A stretch of 64,000 nucleotides of DNA from an uncultured Alphaproteobacteria bacterium (lineage in GTDB: Bacteria; Pseudomonadota; Alphaproteobacteria; Rhizobiales; Beijerinckiaceae). Positions 1 through 10,677 of the stretch are shown here, in pieces. A program made the position numbers and the translations under genes. Numbering within the stretch: the stretch's first letter is position 1; each line of letters opens with the position of its first letter. The stretch spans positions 129,242 through 193,241 of the forward strand of contig CAVQWJ010000005.1 of NCBI GenBank assembly GCA_963717565.1, written 5' to 3'. The notes beneath the pieces were generated by a model, which worked only from the letters and a program-made list of their open reading frames with translations, had not been told where the DNA came from and ran no database searches.

Positions 1-344
1 ATGCCGTAAACGACAAGCCACTGAACCAGGACAACGAGACGACGGGTCTCTTCACGCGGAGAAACGGCGTCGACGTTGCGGTCGCGCGTCTTCCACAGAT
101 AGCCGGCAAGGCCGAGACCGGAGACCAGCTCCAGCGGGATTTCGGTCCAGAGGATCGACATCCAATACGTCTGGAACTCAGGGGCGAACGAATCCAGGCC
201 GGCGCGCCAGCCATAGATCTGCTCATAGATGCGAACGATCAGATAGAAGACGTTCAGGACCGCAAGGCCGATCCACATGCCGCGCAGGTCGACTACAGCT
301 GTTTCTGTAGCTGCGCCAGCGGCGGCGCTAGTCGTCGAGCTCAT
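1..344 (-). CDS. pmoC: Particulate methane monooxygenase subunit C, 5' part (runs off window start)
   Basis: Hand translation from ATG at 344: MSSTTSAAAGAATETAVVDLRGMWIG...YEQIYGWRAGLDSFAPEFQTYWMSILWTEIPLELVSGLGLAGYLWKTRDRN...VQWLVVYG. AGGAGGAG RBS at 351-358. Absent from the ORF track. Confidence 0.95.
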   Translation of the reverse strand, partial: MSSTTSAAAGAATETAVVDLRGMWIGLAVLNVFYLIVRIYEQIYGWRAGLDSFAPEFQTYWMSILWTEIPLELVSGLGLAGYLWKTRDRNVDAVSPREETRRLVVLVQWLVVYG

Positions 345-683
345 ATTTAACTCCTCCTATGTGCTCCCAGGGAAATGCGCGTGACCGGTTTCGCTCCGCC
401 TCCCAGAACAGAGCTGCTTCGTCCTCGTTTGATTAAACGTGAGGTCTGGAACGTTCCAAAACGTCGCCCAAAACCATCCCGCCCTTTCTTGTCGCGACCT
501 TCGAACACCCAGACCCGGAAGAAAATTCCCGAAAGAACTTCCTCCAAACACCGAACATTCGACCCTGCCGCTTGTTGTTATCGGACGAACACCGACGTCG
601 CCGCCTAAACAAAGCCCCCAAATAGCCCTCCCGGACCAATCCAGGAGACCCCGTTTAGCGTGGCCCAACCATTCCCCCTCGCC

Positions 684-714
684 AACATAATGACAATATC
701 CCTTGGGATAGCAA
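684..714 (-). promoter_or_regulatory. Candidate sigma70 promoter region of pmoC with a perfect palindrome TATCCC-TT-GGGATA (697-710)
   Basis: Minus strand reads TTGCTA-tcccaagggata-TTGTCA-TTATGTT, about 340 nt upstream of the pmoC ATG. Which hexamer is the -35 cannot be decided from sequence. Confidence 0.4.
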
Positions 715-1089
715 AATACTGTCTATCGAATAGTAAGAACAACCCCAGTGGATAGGTTTAGGACTACCCATAAGGGTCGAAAACGGGCGAGGCGCCGCGG
801 CTTGCTGCTTTGCCTCAACATGATGTTTTTATTTATTTATCGTGCGATTGGACCCAAAATGGGCGAGTAGGCGGCATTTGTGTGGCGCCATCGGATACGG
901 CCCCGCCAACAGGACTGCGGCGATTTGTCAGAGAATGTCATACCGGAGCCGGGAAGTTTGCAGATGACCGCGCCGGGCTGAGACGCAAAAAGGGCGCGCC
1001 GTGCGTCGGCGCGCCCCAATTCCTCCACAAGAGCCCCGGCCGCCGGAGACGGCTCTGCTCACCCCCGGCGGTGAAGCCAGAAATCCGCG

Positions 1090-2127
1090 TTACTGCGGGC
1101 GCGGCGTGTCCTTGGTGCGCGCGGGCAGGATCGGATAGGTCACTTTCGGCTGGTCGCCCGAGAGCGTGCCCAGGAAAGCGACGATGGCCGCGGTGTCGTC
1201 CGGCGGCAGCGCCGCGCCGAGCTGGTCCTTCGCCATGACGTTGACCGCTTCCTCCAGCGTCCAGACCGCGCCGCTGTGGAAATAGGGCGCGCGCAGCGCA
1301 ACATTGCGCAGCGGAGCCGAGCGGAACACATAGGCGTCGGCGTCGCTGTTGGTGACCTTGGCGCGCCCACGGTCGGCGACCGGCATGATGGTCGCGTCCG
1401 GCTTCTCCGCGACGCCGAAGGGATAATAGCCGTTGCCGCCGACGTTCACGCCGTTGTGGCAACCGGCGCAGCCCTTGTCGAGGAACAGGCGCAGGCCCTT
1501 CTTCTCCTGATCGTTCAGGGCGGCGGCGTCGCCGGCCAGGAACCTGTCGAACTTCGAGTTCGGCGTCGTCAGCGTGGCCTCGAAGGCCTCGATGGCGTTG
1601 GCCATATTGTCGAAGGTGACCGGGTTGGCGTCATTCGGGAAGGCGGCCCTGAACTCGGCGACATAGGCCGGCATGCTCTTCAGCGTCGCTTCGACGGCGG
1701 CCGGCGTATTGTTCATCTCGACGTCGGCCTGCACGGGGCCCTTTGCCTGCGCCTTGAGATCGGTGGCGCGGCCATCCCAGAACTGGGCGACATTGAAGAC
1801 GGCGTTCAGCACCGTCGGCGCGCGGCGCGGGCCCTTGGCCCAGCCATGGCCGATGGAGGTCGAGCCGGCGTCCACGCCGCCGGTGCCGAGATTGTGGCAG
1901 CTGTTGCAGCTGATGATCTGGCTTCTCGACAGGCGGGGATCGAAGAACAGCTTGTGGCCGAGCTCGATTTTGGCCGGGGTGATGGCGTTGTTCTTGACGA
2001 CCGTGTTCACGCTCGACGCGTCGATCGGCTTGAAGACCGCATTGGCGTCCGCACGCAGGTCCTCGGCCTGCGCAAGCAATGGAAACAGAAGCAGCGCGCC
2101 CGTGATGGCGAACCGAATTCCGGACAT
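1090..2127 (-). CDS. ccpA: Di-haem cytochrome c peroxidase (bCcP/CcpA family)
   Basis: Signal peptide, two haem motifs (CNSCH, CAGCH), QFWDGRA and PYFHSG motifs. Confidence 0.9.
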   Translation of the reverse strand: MSGIRFAITGALLLFPLLAQAEDLRADANAVFKPIDASSVNTVVKNNAITPAKIELGHKLFFDPRLSRSQIISCNSCHNLGTGGVDAGSTSIGHGWAKGPRRAPTVLNAVFNVAQFWDGRATDLKAQAKGPVQADVEMNNTPAAVEATLKSMPAYVAEFRAAFPNDANPVTFDNMANAIEAFEATLTTPNSKFDRFLAGDAAALNDQEKKGLRLFLDKGCAGCHNGVNVGGNGYYPFGVAEKPDATIMPVADRGRAKVTNSDADAYVFRSAPLRNVALRAPYFHSGAVWTLEEAVNVMAKDQLGAALPPDDTAAIVAFLGTLSGDQPKVTYPILPARTKDTPRPQ

Positions 2128-2419
2128 TTCTAATCTCCCTACCGGTCTTTTTCGTCGTTGAGGCCCCGCCGCGTGAACAGCGTGTAGCTTGCCAAGGGGC
2201 TATCACAACCCCTGACCGGGCGGAAGCCCTGCCCTTTCCTCCCAGGCTGCCCCGGCCCTGTTTGACCCGGATGCGCAGGAAGGCCGGCTAATCGCGGCGA
2301 CCAACCTCCCTCGATCCTCGAATATTTCGGCGACCGAATAGTTACCGTCCGGGCGGAGGCGTCCTGGCCGTATCCAATTAGAAACGATTGAAGCTTATCC
2401 TTGGCTTTTAGAAGAGGAT

Positions 2420-3694
2420 ATGTCGGAGATCCGCAAGGTGACGCAACTGCTCAAACGCTTCAGAGGCCTCGCGCACGACAGGCGGGGATCAATTGCAATC
2501 ATTTTCGGTCTGACGCTGATTCCGATGGCGACATTGGCCGGAGTGGCGGTCGACTACGCCAACGTCTCCCGGCTGAACGCCCGTCTGAAAGCCGCCGCCG
2601 ACGCGGCCGTGCTCTCCGCGGTTCGCGACTATGTATCCACGAGCAATCTGTCGATGGCGCAGAAAAAAGGCACGGACGTTTTCAACTCCGACCTCAAGAA
2701 AACCGCAGCTCTTCAGGACGCCACCATTAGTTTCAAGGATACGTCTTCGGGCGCGAACGTCAGTTTGACCGCCACTTACTCGGGCACAGTGAAAACCTGG
2801 TTTGGGGGCTTCATCCAAGTCGACAAGGTCCCTCTCAGCGGCTCGGCCAACGCGAGTTACGTGAAGCCGCGTTACAAGAACTTTTATTTCGTGGTCAACG
2901 CCTCGGAATCCATGGGCATCGCCGCGACTCAGGCTGACATCGACAAGCTGAAAACGCTGACGCCCGGCAGCTGCGCTCTCGCTTGCCATGTCCCGGAGAG
3001 TGGCGCCACAAAAAGCAACCAGCAGATTGCGCGTGAAAACAACGTTACGCTCAGACTCGACGTCATCAAGACGGCGATCAAAGACATTCTCACCCAGGTC
3101 GCCGCTGACCCGGTCAGCAGCGCCTACTTCAAGTTCGTCATCTATCCGTTTGCTTACTACCGCGGCGCGCTCGGCGCGCCCTCCTCGGATTTCTCAGGGC
3201 TGAAATCGCAGGTCGACGCCATCGATCTGTCCCACACGGTAAGTCCGGAAGGCTTCACCGATCACAAAAAGGCCCTCCAAAACCTGGCGGATACGATCGG
3301 CGCCGGTGGCGACGGCTCCACCGCCGCAAAAGCGCAAAACTTTATTTTCTTGATGACGGACGGCGTGGAAGACGTTGCAAATGCCGACAAGCGAGTCGAT
3401 ACGCCATATGCGTTCGATCCACTCAACGTCGGCTACATGGATTATACGGACTGCGACTATGTGAGAACGAAGACCCAAGGCACGGTCGGCGTGGTTTACA
3501 CGACCTATATTCCTCTTCCCGACTCCACCGCCTACAATGTCACCGTTGGTCAATTTGCGAGCAGTATCAAGCCGGCTCTGCAGAAATGCGCGGCCGCCAC
3601 TTATTACTACGAGGGGACCGACGGGGATCAGGTCGCGACAGCCATGAAGACCTTGTTCTCACAGGCCGCCTCCAGCGTGCGCCTGACCCAATAA
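2420..3694 (+). CDS. TadG/TadE-like pilin-type N-terminus with vWA-like domain
   Basis: RRGSIAIIFGLTLIPM...AVDY...LKAAADAAVL N-terminus; C-terminal FIFLMTDG. Confidence 0.75.
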   Translation: MSEIRKVTQLLKRFRGLAHDRRGSIAIIFGLTLIPMATLAGVAVDYANVSRLNARLKAAADAAVLSAVRDYVSTSNLSMAQKKGTDVFNSDLKKTAALQDATISFKDTSSGANVSLTATYSGTVKTWFGGFIQVDKVPLSGSANASYVKPRYKNFYFVVNASESMGIAATQADIDKLKTLTPGSCALACHVPESGATKSNQQIARENNVTLRLDVIKTAIKDILTQVAADPVSSAYFKFVIYPFAYYRGALGAPSSDFSGLKSQVDAIDLSHTVSPEGFTDHKKALQNLADTIGAGGDGSTAAKAQNFIFLMTDGVEDVANADKRVDTPYAFDPLNVGYMDYTDCDYVRTKTQGTVGVVYTTYIPLPDSTAYNVTVGQFASSIKPALQKCAAATYYYEGTDGDQVATAMKTLFSQAASSVRLTQ

Positions 3695-3866
3695 GGCGCA
3701 TGCGCCACGGGCGGCGCGCCCCGCCCGCGGCATGTCGAGACCGGCGGCTCCTCATGCTTCGGCGCTTCCGACGCCGCCCCGGCATGAGGAGCTTTCTTTT
3801 TCTCTGGAGTCTCGGGCCGCCGGGGAGCGCAGGACGCGCGCGTCGTCGGGGACGCGGCCGCCGGCC

Positions 3867-5435
<1,569 letters not shown>

Positions 5436-5484
5436 TTATCGTCGGAAAGGCAAATGGCGACGATGGGTCGCGCCGCAGGCCCGC

Positions 5485-5907
5485 CTACATCACCGCCTCG
5501 AACATCGCGGCCGTGTCGTAATATTCAAAAAACTCGACGGCCTTGCCCCCGGCGTCGAAGCGCCACACGTCGACCTTGGGCGTGTCGACCACCCTGTTGT
5601 TCGCCTTGTAGCGCCAGGACGTGCTGCCGATCATGACGACGCGGTCGCCCTGCGCGACGAAATGGTCGCGATCGTAGGAGATCATCTCCCAATCGCTGGT
5701 GAGATCGCGCAGATATAATTCGACGCCTTCCCGGGAATGCCGCTGCCTAGTGAACTCCACTGCGCTGACGCGGCCCATTGCAAGCGAGCCGAATTTGAGT
5801 TCGTCCGCCATGATGGACAGCCAGTGATCCACGCTGCCGCCTTTCGTCTCGGCCCAGAGTCGATAAGCTTCCTGCAAAATGGCTGTGTTGCGCGCTTCCT
5901 GCGACAT
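5485..5907 (-). CDS. SnoaL/NTF2-like protein
   Basis: 140 aa with NTF2-like pattern (AQGDRVVMIG, VDVWRF, EYYDT). Confidence 0.7.
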   Translation of the reverse strand: MSQEARNTAILQEAYRLWAETKGGSVDHWLSIMADELKFGSLAMGRVSAVEFTRQRHSREGVELYLRDLTSDWEMISYDRDHFVAQGDRVVMIGSTSWRYKANNRVVDTPKVDVWRFDAGGKAVEFFEYYDTAAMFEAVM

Positions 5908-6032
5908 GGCGACGCTCCCGTAAAACCGAAGCTGCGCGTTCCCGAACGACCCACTCAGCGCACGCTTCGCCGTTCAATCAATTTCAATAGCCGCAGGAAG
6001 ACTAAAACCCGTCGCCACTAGGCGCAACCAGT

Positions 6033-7841
6033 CTAACGCTCCGTGTCGAACTGCAATTTCGCCAGTCGCGCATAGAGGCCGCCCGCCGCGCTGAGGCTGG
6101 CGTGCGTGCCCTCCTCCACGACGCGGCCCTCGTCGAGGACGAGAATGCGGTCGGCTTCCAGCACCGTTGCGAGCCGGTGCGCGATGACGATGCTGGTGCG
6201 GTCCGCCATCACGTCGTGCAGCGCCGCCTGCACCGCCGCCTCGTTTTCGGCGTCTAGCGCGGAGGTGGCCTCGTCGAGCAGCAGGATGGGCGCGTCGGCG
6301 AGAATGGCGCGGGCAATGGCGAGGCGCTGGCGTTGCCCGCCGGAAAGCGTCACGCCCCTTTCGCCGAGCGGCGAGTCATAGCCCTTTGGCAGGGCGGAAA
6401 TGAAGTCATGCGCCTGCGCGCGCTTCGCCGCCGCGACGATCGCCTCGCGGGTCGCGCCGTCGCGGCCATAGGCGATGTTCTCGGCGACTGTCAGCCCGAA
6501 GATCACGGGGTCCTGCGGCGCGAGCGCCATGGCTGCGCGCAGATCGAGCGGATCGAGCGACCGCACGTCGATGCCGTCGAGCGTCACGGCGCCGCTGCTC
6601 ACGTCGTAGAATCGCAGCAGCAGCGAGAAGATCGTCGATTTGCCGGCGCCCGAAGGGCCGACGAGCGCAACGCGTTCGCCCGGCGCCACAGTGAGCGACA
6701 GGCCCTTGAGCGCGTCACGCTCGGGCGTCGTCGGATAGGCGAAATCGACGTTTTCGAAGGCGATGCGTCCCTGCCAGCGTGCGGGCGCGGGGGTCGGATG
6801 CGCCGGCGCGACGATGCGGGGCTTGATGTCGAGAATTTCAGCGATGCGCGCGGCGGCGCCGGCGGCGGCGCTCACTTCGCTCCACACGCTCGACAATTCG
6901 CCGAGAGAGCTTGCGCCGAGCACCGCATAAAGCACGAATTGCGAGAGAAGGCCGGAACTCATGCGGCCTGAGAGAACATCCTGCGCGCCGAGCCACAGCA
7001 CGCCCACGATGCTGGTGAAAACGACAGTGATGACGGCGGCGGTGACCAAAGCGCGCATCAGCGTCGCCGCCTGCGCAGCCTCAAAGGCGTTCTCGACCGC
7101 GCGGCGAAAGCGCGCCACCGTCGACGCCTGCGCGCCATTGGCCTGCATCACGCGCACGGCGGAAAGATTTTCACCTGCATAGGCGGAGGCCTCCGCCAGC
7201 GTGTCCTGCGCATGTTTCGAGCGGCGGCGCACCAGACGTCCCGAGGCGATCAGCGGCAGGACGATGACGGGAATCGCCGCGAGCGCCAGTCCCGCGAGCT
7301 TGGGACTCGTCGCCACCATCATCACAACCGCGCCGATGAACATGAAGATATTGCGCAGCGCGACGGAGGCCGAGGAGCCGAAGGCGGATTTGAGCAGCGT
7401 CGTGTCGGCTGTCAGACGCGACAGAAGTTCGCCGGTTTTAGCCGTATCGAAAAAGGCCGCATCGAGCGTCGTGAGATGCCTGAACAGATCGCCGCGCAGA
7501 TCGGCGACCACGCGTTCGCCGAGCGTCATGACGAAATAGTAGCGGGTGGCGGAGGCCACCGCGAGAGTCACGGCGACGGCGATCATGGCGCCGAAATAGG
7601 CGTTCACCGTCCCCGCGCTGTCGGTCGAGAAGCCGTGGTCGATCATGCCGCGCACGGCGGCCGGCAGGGTCAGCGTCGCGCCCGCCGCGACGATCAGCGC
7701 GGCGAGGGCGAGAACGATCGTGCGCTTGTAGCGCAGCGCATAGGGCAGCAGCGGACGCAAAGGCTCCAGCGTCGCCCCCAGTCGCCGTCTCGGTTCGGGT
7801 GCGGCGGCCGCGCCTGCCGCGGCTTCGATCGTGTTGGTCAT
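6033..7841 (-). CDS. ABC exporter, fused permease/ATPase (MsbA-like)
   Basis: Transmembrane domain plus GPSGAGKS Walker A, LSGGQRQR signature and LLLDEATSALD. Confidence 0.92.
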   Translation of the reverse strand: MTNTIEAAAGAAAAPEPRRRLGATLEPLRPLLPYALRYKRTIVLALAALIVAAGATLTLPAAVRGMIDHGFSTDSAGTVNAYFGAMIAVAVTLAVASATRYYFVMTLGERVVADLRGDLFRHLTTLDAAFFDTAKTGELLSRLTADTTLLKSAFGSSASVALRNIFMFIGAVVMMVATSPKLAGLALAAIPVIVLPLIASGRLVRRRSKHAQDTLAEASAYAGENLSAVRVMQANGAQASTVARFRRAVENAFEAAQAATLMRALVTAAVITVVFTSIVGVLWLGAQDVLSGRMSSGLLSQFVLYAVLGASSLGELSSVWSEVSAAAGAAARIAEILDIKPRIVAPAHPTPAPARWQGRIAFENVDFAYPTTPERDALKGLSLTVAPGERVALVGPSGAGKSTIFSLLLRFYDVSSGAVTLDGIDVRSLDPLDLRAAMALAPQDPVIFGLTVAENIAYGRDGATREAIVAAAKRAQAHDFISALPKGYDSPLGERGVTLSGGQRQRLAIARAILADAPILLLDEATSALDAENEAAVQAALHDVMADRTSIVIAHRLATVLEADRILVLDEGRVVEEGTHASLSAAGGLYARLAKLQFDTER

Positions 7842-8177
7842 GGCCAGACCCTATAGCCTCCGAACGCCGCGAAAACGACCCGCTGCACGAGGAAGCGAGG
7901 CCCTGGAGTCGGCCGCTCTTGTGCGCCGCAGCGTGAAATTTTTTTGGGGCTTCTGGATTAAAATCGTTCTAGTCAGGCCCGCAAATCCCGTTAAACCAAA
8001 AAGTTATGAGGTGCGACACGTTGTCGCAGAAAATTTCGCCGATGGCTGGACAGGGCCGAAACTTGTGATACCTTTCCCCTGCGTCGAAATGACGCGTCCG
8101 CCGACGGGGCGGGGGGCAAAGCGCTGGCTGATCTCAATATAAGGCGCGGCTCTGGGAACGAAAGAGGAGTGAAGGTT

Positions 8178-8345
8178 ATGGCTGATAAAGAGCTTGAAGT
8201 CACCACAAACACCTACATCTTCGCTGGCGTCGGCGCCGTTCTTCTCGGCGGTCTCGCCGCTGCTGCGCTCGGCGGCCTGCCGAACACCATCGCCGCCGCC
8301 GTTGTCGGCGCGCTTGCGGGCGGCTGCCTCGGCCTGTTCTTCTAA
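8178..8345 (+). CDS. 55-aa small membrane protein (below ORF-track cutoff)
   Basis: GAGGAG RBS at about 8164-8169. Translation MADKELEVTTNTYIFAGVGAVLLGGLAAAALGGLPNTIAAAVVGALAGGCLGLFF, two hydrophobic segments, GC-rich third codon positions. Confidence 0.75.
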   Translation: MADKELEVTTNTYIFAGVGAVLLGGLAAAALGGLPNTIAAAVVGALAGGCLGLFF

Positions 8346-8530
8346 TCGACGGTCCGGCGCACGCTGGTCTGGCCACCGGCGCTACGCCAGTCGACACCAG
8401 CCAGCAATCGTCCATACGATTGCTGGCTGTGTTGTTTTCAGGCTGATTTTGAAAGATCGCTTTTCAGTGAGGCGCTTTCCGGTTTTGGTCGGAGAGCGCC
8501 TGTTTGTTTAAGAGCGCCAATGCGGCCTGG

Positions 8531-8570
8531 TCCTTCGAGACGCGAGCTTCGCTCGCTCCTCAGGATGAGG
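8531..8570 (-). repeat. REP-like palindromic element (CTCATCCTGAGGAG...GTCTCGAAGGA type)
   Basis: Reverse complement CCTCATCCTGAGGAGCGAGCGAAGCTCGCGTCTCGAAGGA with internal hairpin; resembles intergenic repeats common in Rhizobiales. Confidence 0.7.
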
Positions 8571-8610
8571 CCCAATTGTTTCACAGAGATTCAGTAATCC
8601 CCTCATGCTG

Positions 8611-8820
8611 AGGAGGCCCGAAGGGCCGTCTCGAAGCATGAGGAGGCCCGAAGGGCCGTCTCGAAGCATGAGGAGGCCCGAAGGGCCGTCTCGAAGCATG
8701 AGGAGGCCCGAAGGGCCGTCTCGAAGCATGAGGAGGCCCGAAGGGCCGTCTCGAAGCATGAGGAGGCCCGAAGGGCCGTCTCGAAGCATGAGGAGGCCCA
8801 AAGGGCCGTCTCGAAGCACG
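8611..8820 (+). repeat. Seven tandem copies of a 30-bp unit AGGAGGCCCGAAGGGCCGTCTCGAAGCATG
   Basis: Six identical units and a seventh with two substitutions; each has a GGCCC-GAA-GGGCC hairpin; no spacers. Confidence 0.97.
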
Positions 8821-8843
8821 AGGGCGACCCCGCGTCTCCGGGC

Positions 8844-10502
8844 TTAGAGAGAAGCCGTCGACGCCCCGCCCGGCCACAACTCCTTCGCGCGATTGCGCAG
8901 GATGTATTTCTGAATCTTGCCGGTCGACGTTTTCGGCAGCGGACCGAAAATGACGTGACGCGGGCATTTGAAATGCGCGAGATGCTTGCGCGACCAGCCG
9001 ATGATCTCTTCCGGCGTCGCTTCCTCGCCCTCGCGCAGCTCCACGAAGGCGCAAGGGGTCTCGCCCCATTTGTCGTCCGGCGCGGCGACGACGGCGGCGG
9101 CGCTCACCTTGGGATGCTTGAAGAGAACGTCTTCCACTTCGATCGAGGAAATATTCTCGCCGCCCGAAATGATGATGTCCTTGGAGCGATCCTTGAGCTG
9201 GATATAGCCGTCCGGATGCATGACGCCGAGATCGCCCGAATGGAACCAGCCGCCATGGAAGGCTTTCTCTGAAGCGGATTTGTTCTTCAGATAGCCCTTC
9301 ATGACGATATTGCCGCGAAACATCACCTCGCCCATGGTGGCGCCGTCGCGCGGCACGGGCTGCATGGTTTCGGGGTCGATGACGTCGAGCTCTTCGAGCA
9401 CATTGTAGCGCACGCCCTGACGCGCCTTCATCTGCGCCTGCGCCGAATCCTCCAGAGCGTCCCAGCGCTCCTGCCATTCATTGACCGCCGCCGGACCGTA
9501 GGTCTCGGTGAGTCCGTAAAGATGCGTGACCTCGAAGCCGGCCGCCTTCATCGCCGCCAGAACCGCCTGCGGCGGCGGGGCGGCGGCGGTGAAGAATCGC
9601 ACGGTCTGCTTCAGCGGCTTCTTCTCGCTCTCGGCGGCGCCGAGCAGGGTCGACATGACGATGGGCGCGCCGCAGAGATGCGTGACGCCGTGCTCCGCCA
9701 TCAGCTCATACATATGCCCTGCCCGCACCTGCCGCAGGCAGACATGCGTGCCGGCCGCCACCGACAGCGACCAGGGGAAGCACCAGCCGTTGCAGTGGAA
9801 CATCGGCAGCGTCCACAGATAGACGGGATGCCGGCCCATATCGCCGGTGAGGATATTGCCGAGCGCCAGAAGATAGGCGCCGCGATGATGATAGACGACG
9901 CCCTTGGGGTCGCCCGTCGTGCCGGAGGTGTAATTGAGCGAAATCGCGTTCCATTCGTCCGGCGGCGGCGCCCAGGCGTAGTCCGGGTCGCCGCCGAGGA
10001 TGAAATCCTCATAGTCGATCGAGCCCAGCCGTTCGCCCGGACCGGTATATTCGGGATCGTCGTAGTCGATGATGAGCGGCCTGGATTTGCAGAGCGCCAG
10101 CGCTTCGCGGATCAGGCCGGAAAATTCGCGGTCGACGATCAGCGCCTTCGCCTCCGCGTGATCCAGCGTGAAGGCAAGGATCGCCGCGTCGAGGCGCGTG
10201 TTGAGCGTGTTGAGCACGGCGCCCATCATCGGCGCGCCATAGTGGCATTCGAGCATCGCCGGCGTATTGGCGAGCATCACGGAGACGGTGTCGCCGCGCT
10301 TGATTCCGCCCTTCTCCAGCGCGCTGGCGAGGCGCCGGCTGCGCGCGTAAAAGTCACGATAGCTGCGACGCAGGGCGCCGTGAATGATCGCCGTCCGATC
10401 GGGGAAGACCGCCGCCGCCCGCGCGAGAAAGCTGAGCGGCGTGAGCGACTGGAAATTGGCCGGGTTGCGGTCGAGATCGCGATCATAGGCGGATGCGGAC
10501 AT
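8844..10502 (-). CDS. Acyl-CoA synthetase / AMP-binding ligase
   Basis: YTSGTTGDPKGV, YGLTET, GWFHSGDLG, DRSKDIIISGGENI, PKTSTGKIQK motifs. Confidence 0.92.
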   Translation of the reverse strand: MSASAYDRDLDRNPANFQSLTPLSFLARAAAVFPDRTAIIHGALRRSYRDFYARSRRLASALEKGGIKRGDTVSVMLANTPAMLECHYGAPMMGAVLNTLNTRLDAAILAFTLDHAEAKALIVDREFSGLIREALALCKSRPLIIDYDDPEYTGPGERLGSIDYEDFILGGDPDYAWAPPPDEWNAISLNYTSGTTGDPKGVVYHHRGAYLLALGNILTGDMGRHPVYLWTLPMFHCNGWCFPWSLSVAAGTHVCLRQVRAGHMYELMAEHGVTHLCGAPIVMSTLLGAAESEKKPLKQTVRFFTAAAPPPQAVLAAMKAAGFEVTHLYGLTETYGPAAVNEWQERWDALEDSAQAQMKARQGVRYNVLEELDVIDPETMQPVPRDGATMGEVMFRGNIVMKGYLKNKSASEKAFHGGWFHSGDLGVMHPDGYIQLKDRSKDIIISGGENISSIEVEDVLFKHPKVSAAAVVAAPDDKWGETPCAFVELREGEEATPEEIIGWSRKHLAHFKCPRHVIFGPLPKTSTGKIQKYILRNRAKELWPGGASTASL

Positions 10503-10579
10503 CAAGGACGCTCCCGTTGGGGTGAGCCGGAAAACAACAACGACACTCGCAAAAGGATAGCGCAGAGCAGACGGCTTTG

Positions 10580-10631
10580 CCCCTCATCCAACCCCTCCCC
10601 CCGCATGCGGGCGGAGGGTCACGGTGAGGGG
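10580..10631. repeat. Palindromic intergenic element (CCCCTCA...CCCGCATGCGGG...GAGGG type)
   Basis: CCCCTCATCCAACCCCTCCCCCCGCATGCGGGCGGAGGG...TGAGGGG; resembles a second Rhizobiales REP-like family. Confidence 0.5.
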
Positions 10632-10677
10632 CCGGCGACCCTATGCAACTTTGCCGCCGAAAACCCTCGTGTCGGGA

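Noticed and set aside
347-1462. Short ORFs in the pmoC leader and overlapping ccpA
   Set aside because: No recognisable motifs or RBS; they lie in the leader or antisense to a clear gene.
8611-8820. 30-bp repeat array as a CRISPR
   Set aside because: Units are directly adjacent with no spacers, and there are no cas genes in the window.
8508-8847. ORFs with (LLMLRDGPSG)n or (SMRRPEGPSR)n repeats
   Set aside because: They are translations of the tandem REP-like DNA, which is open in several frames on both strands.
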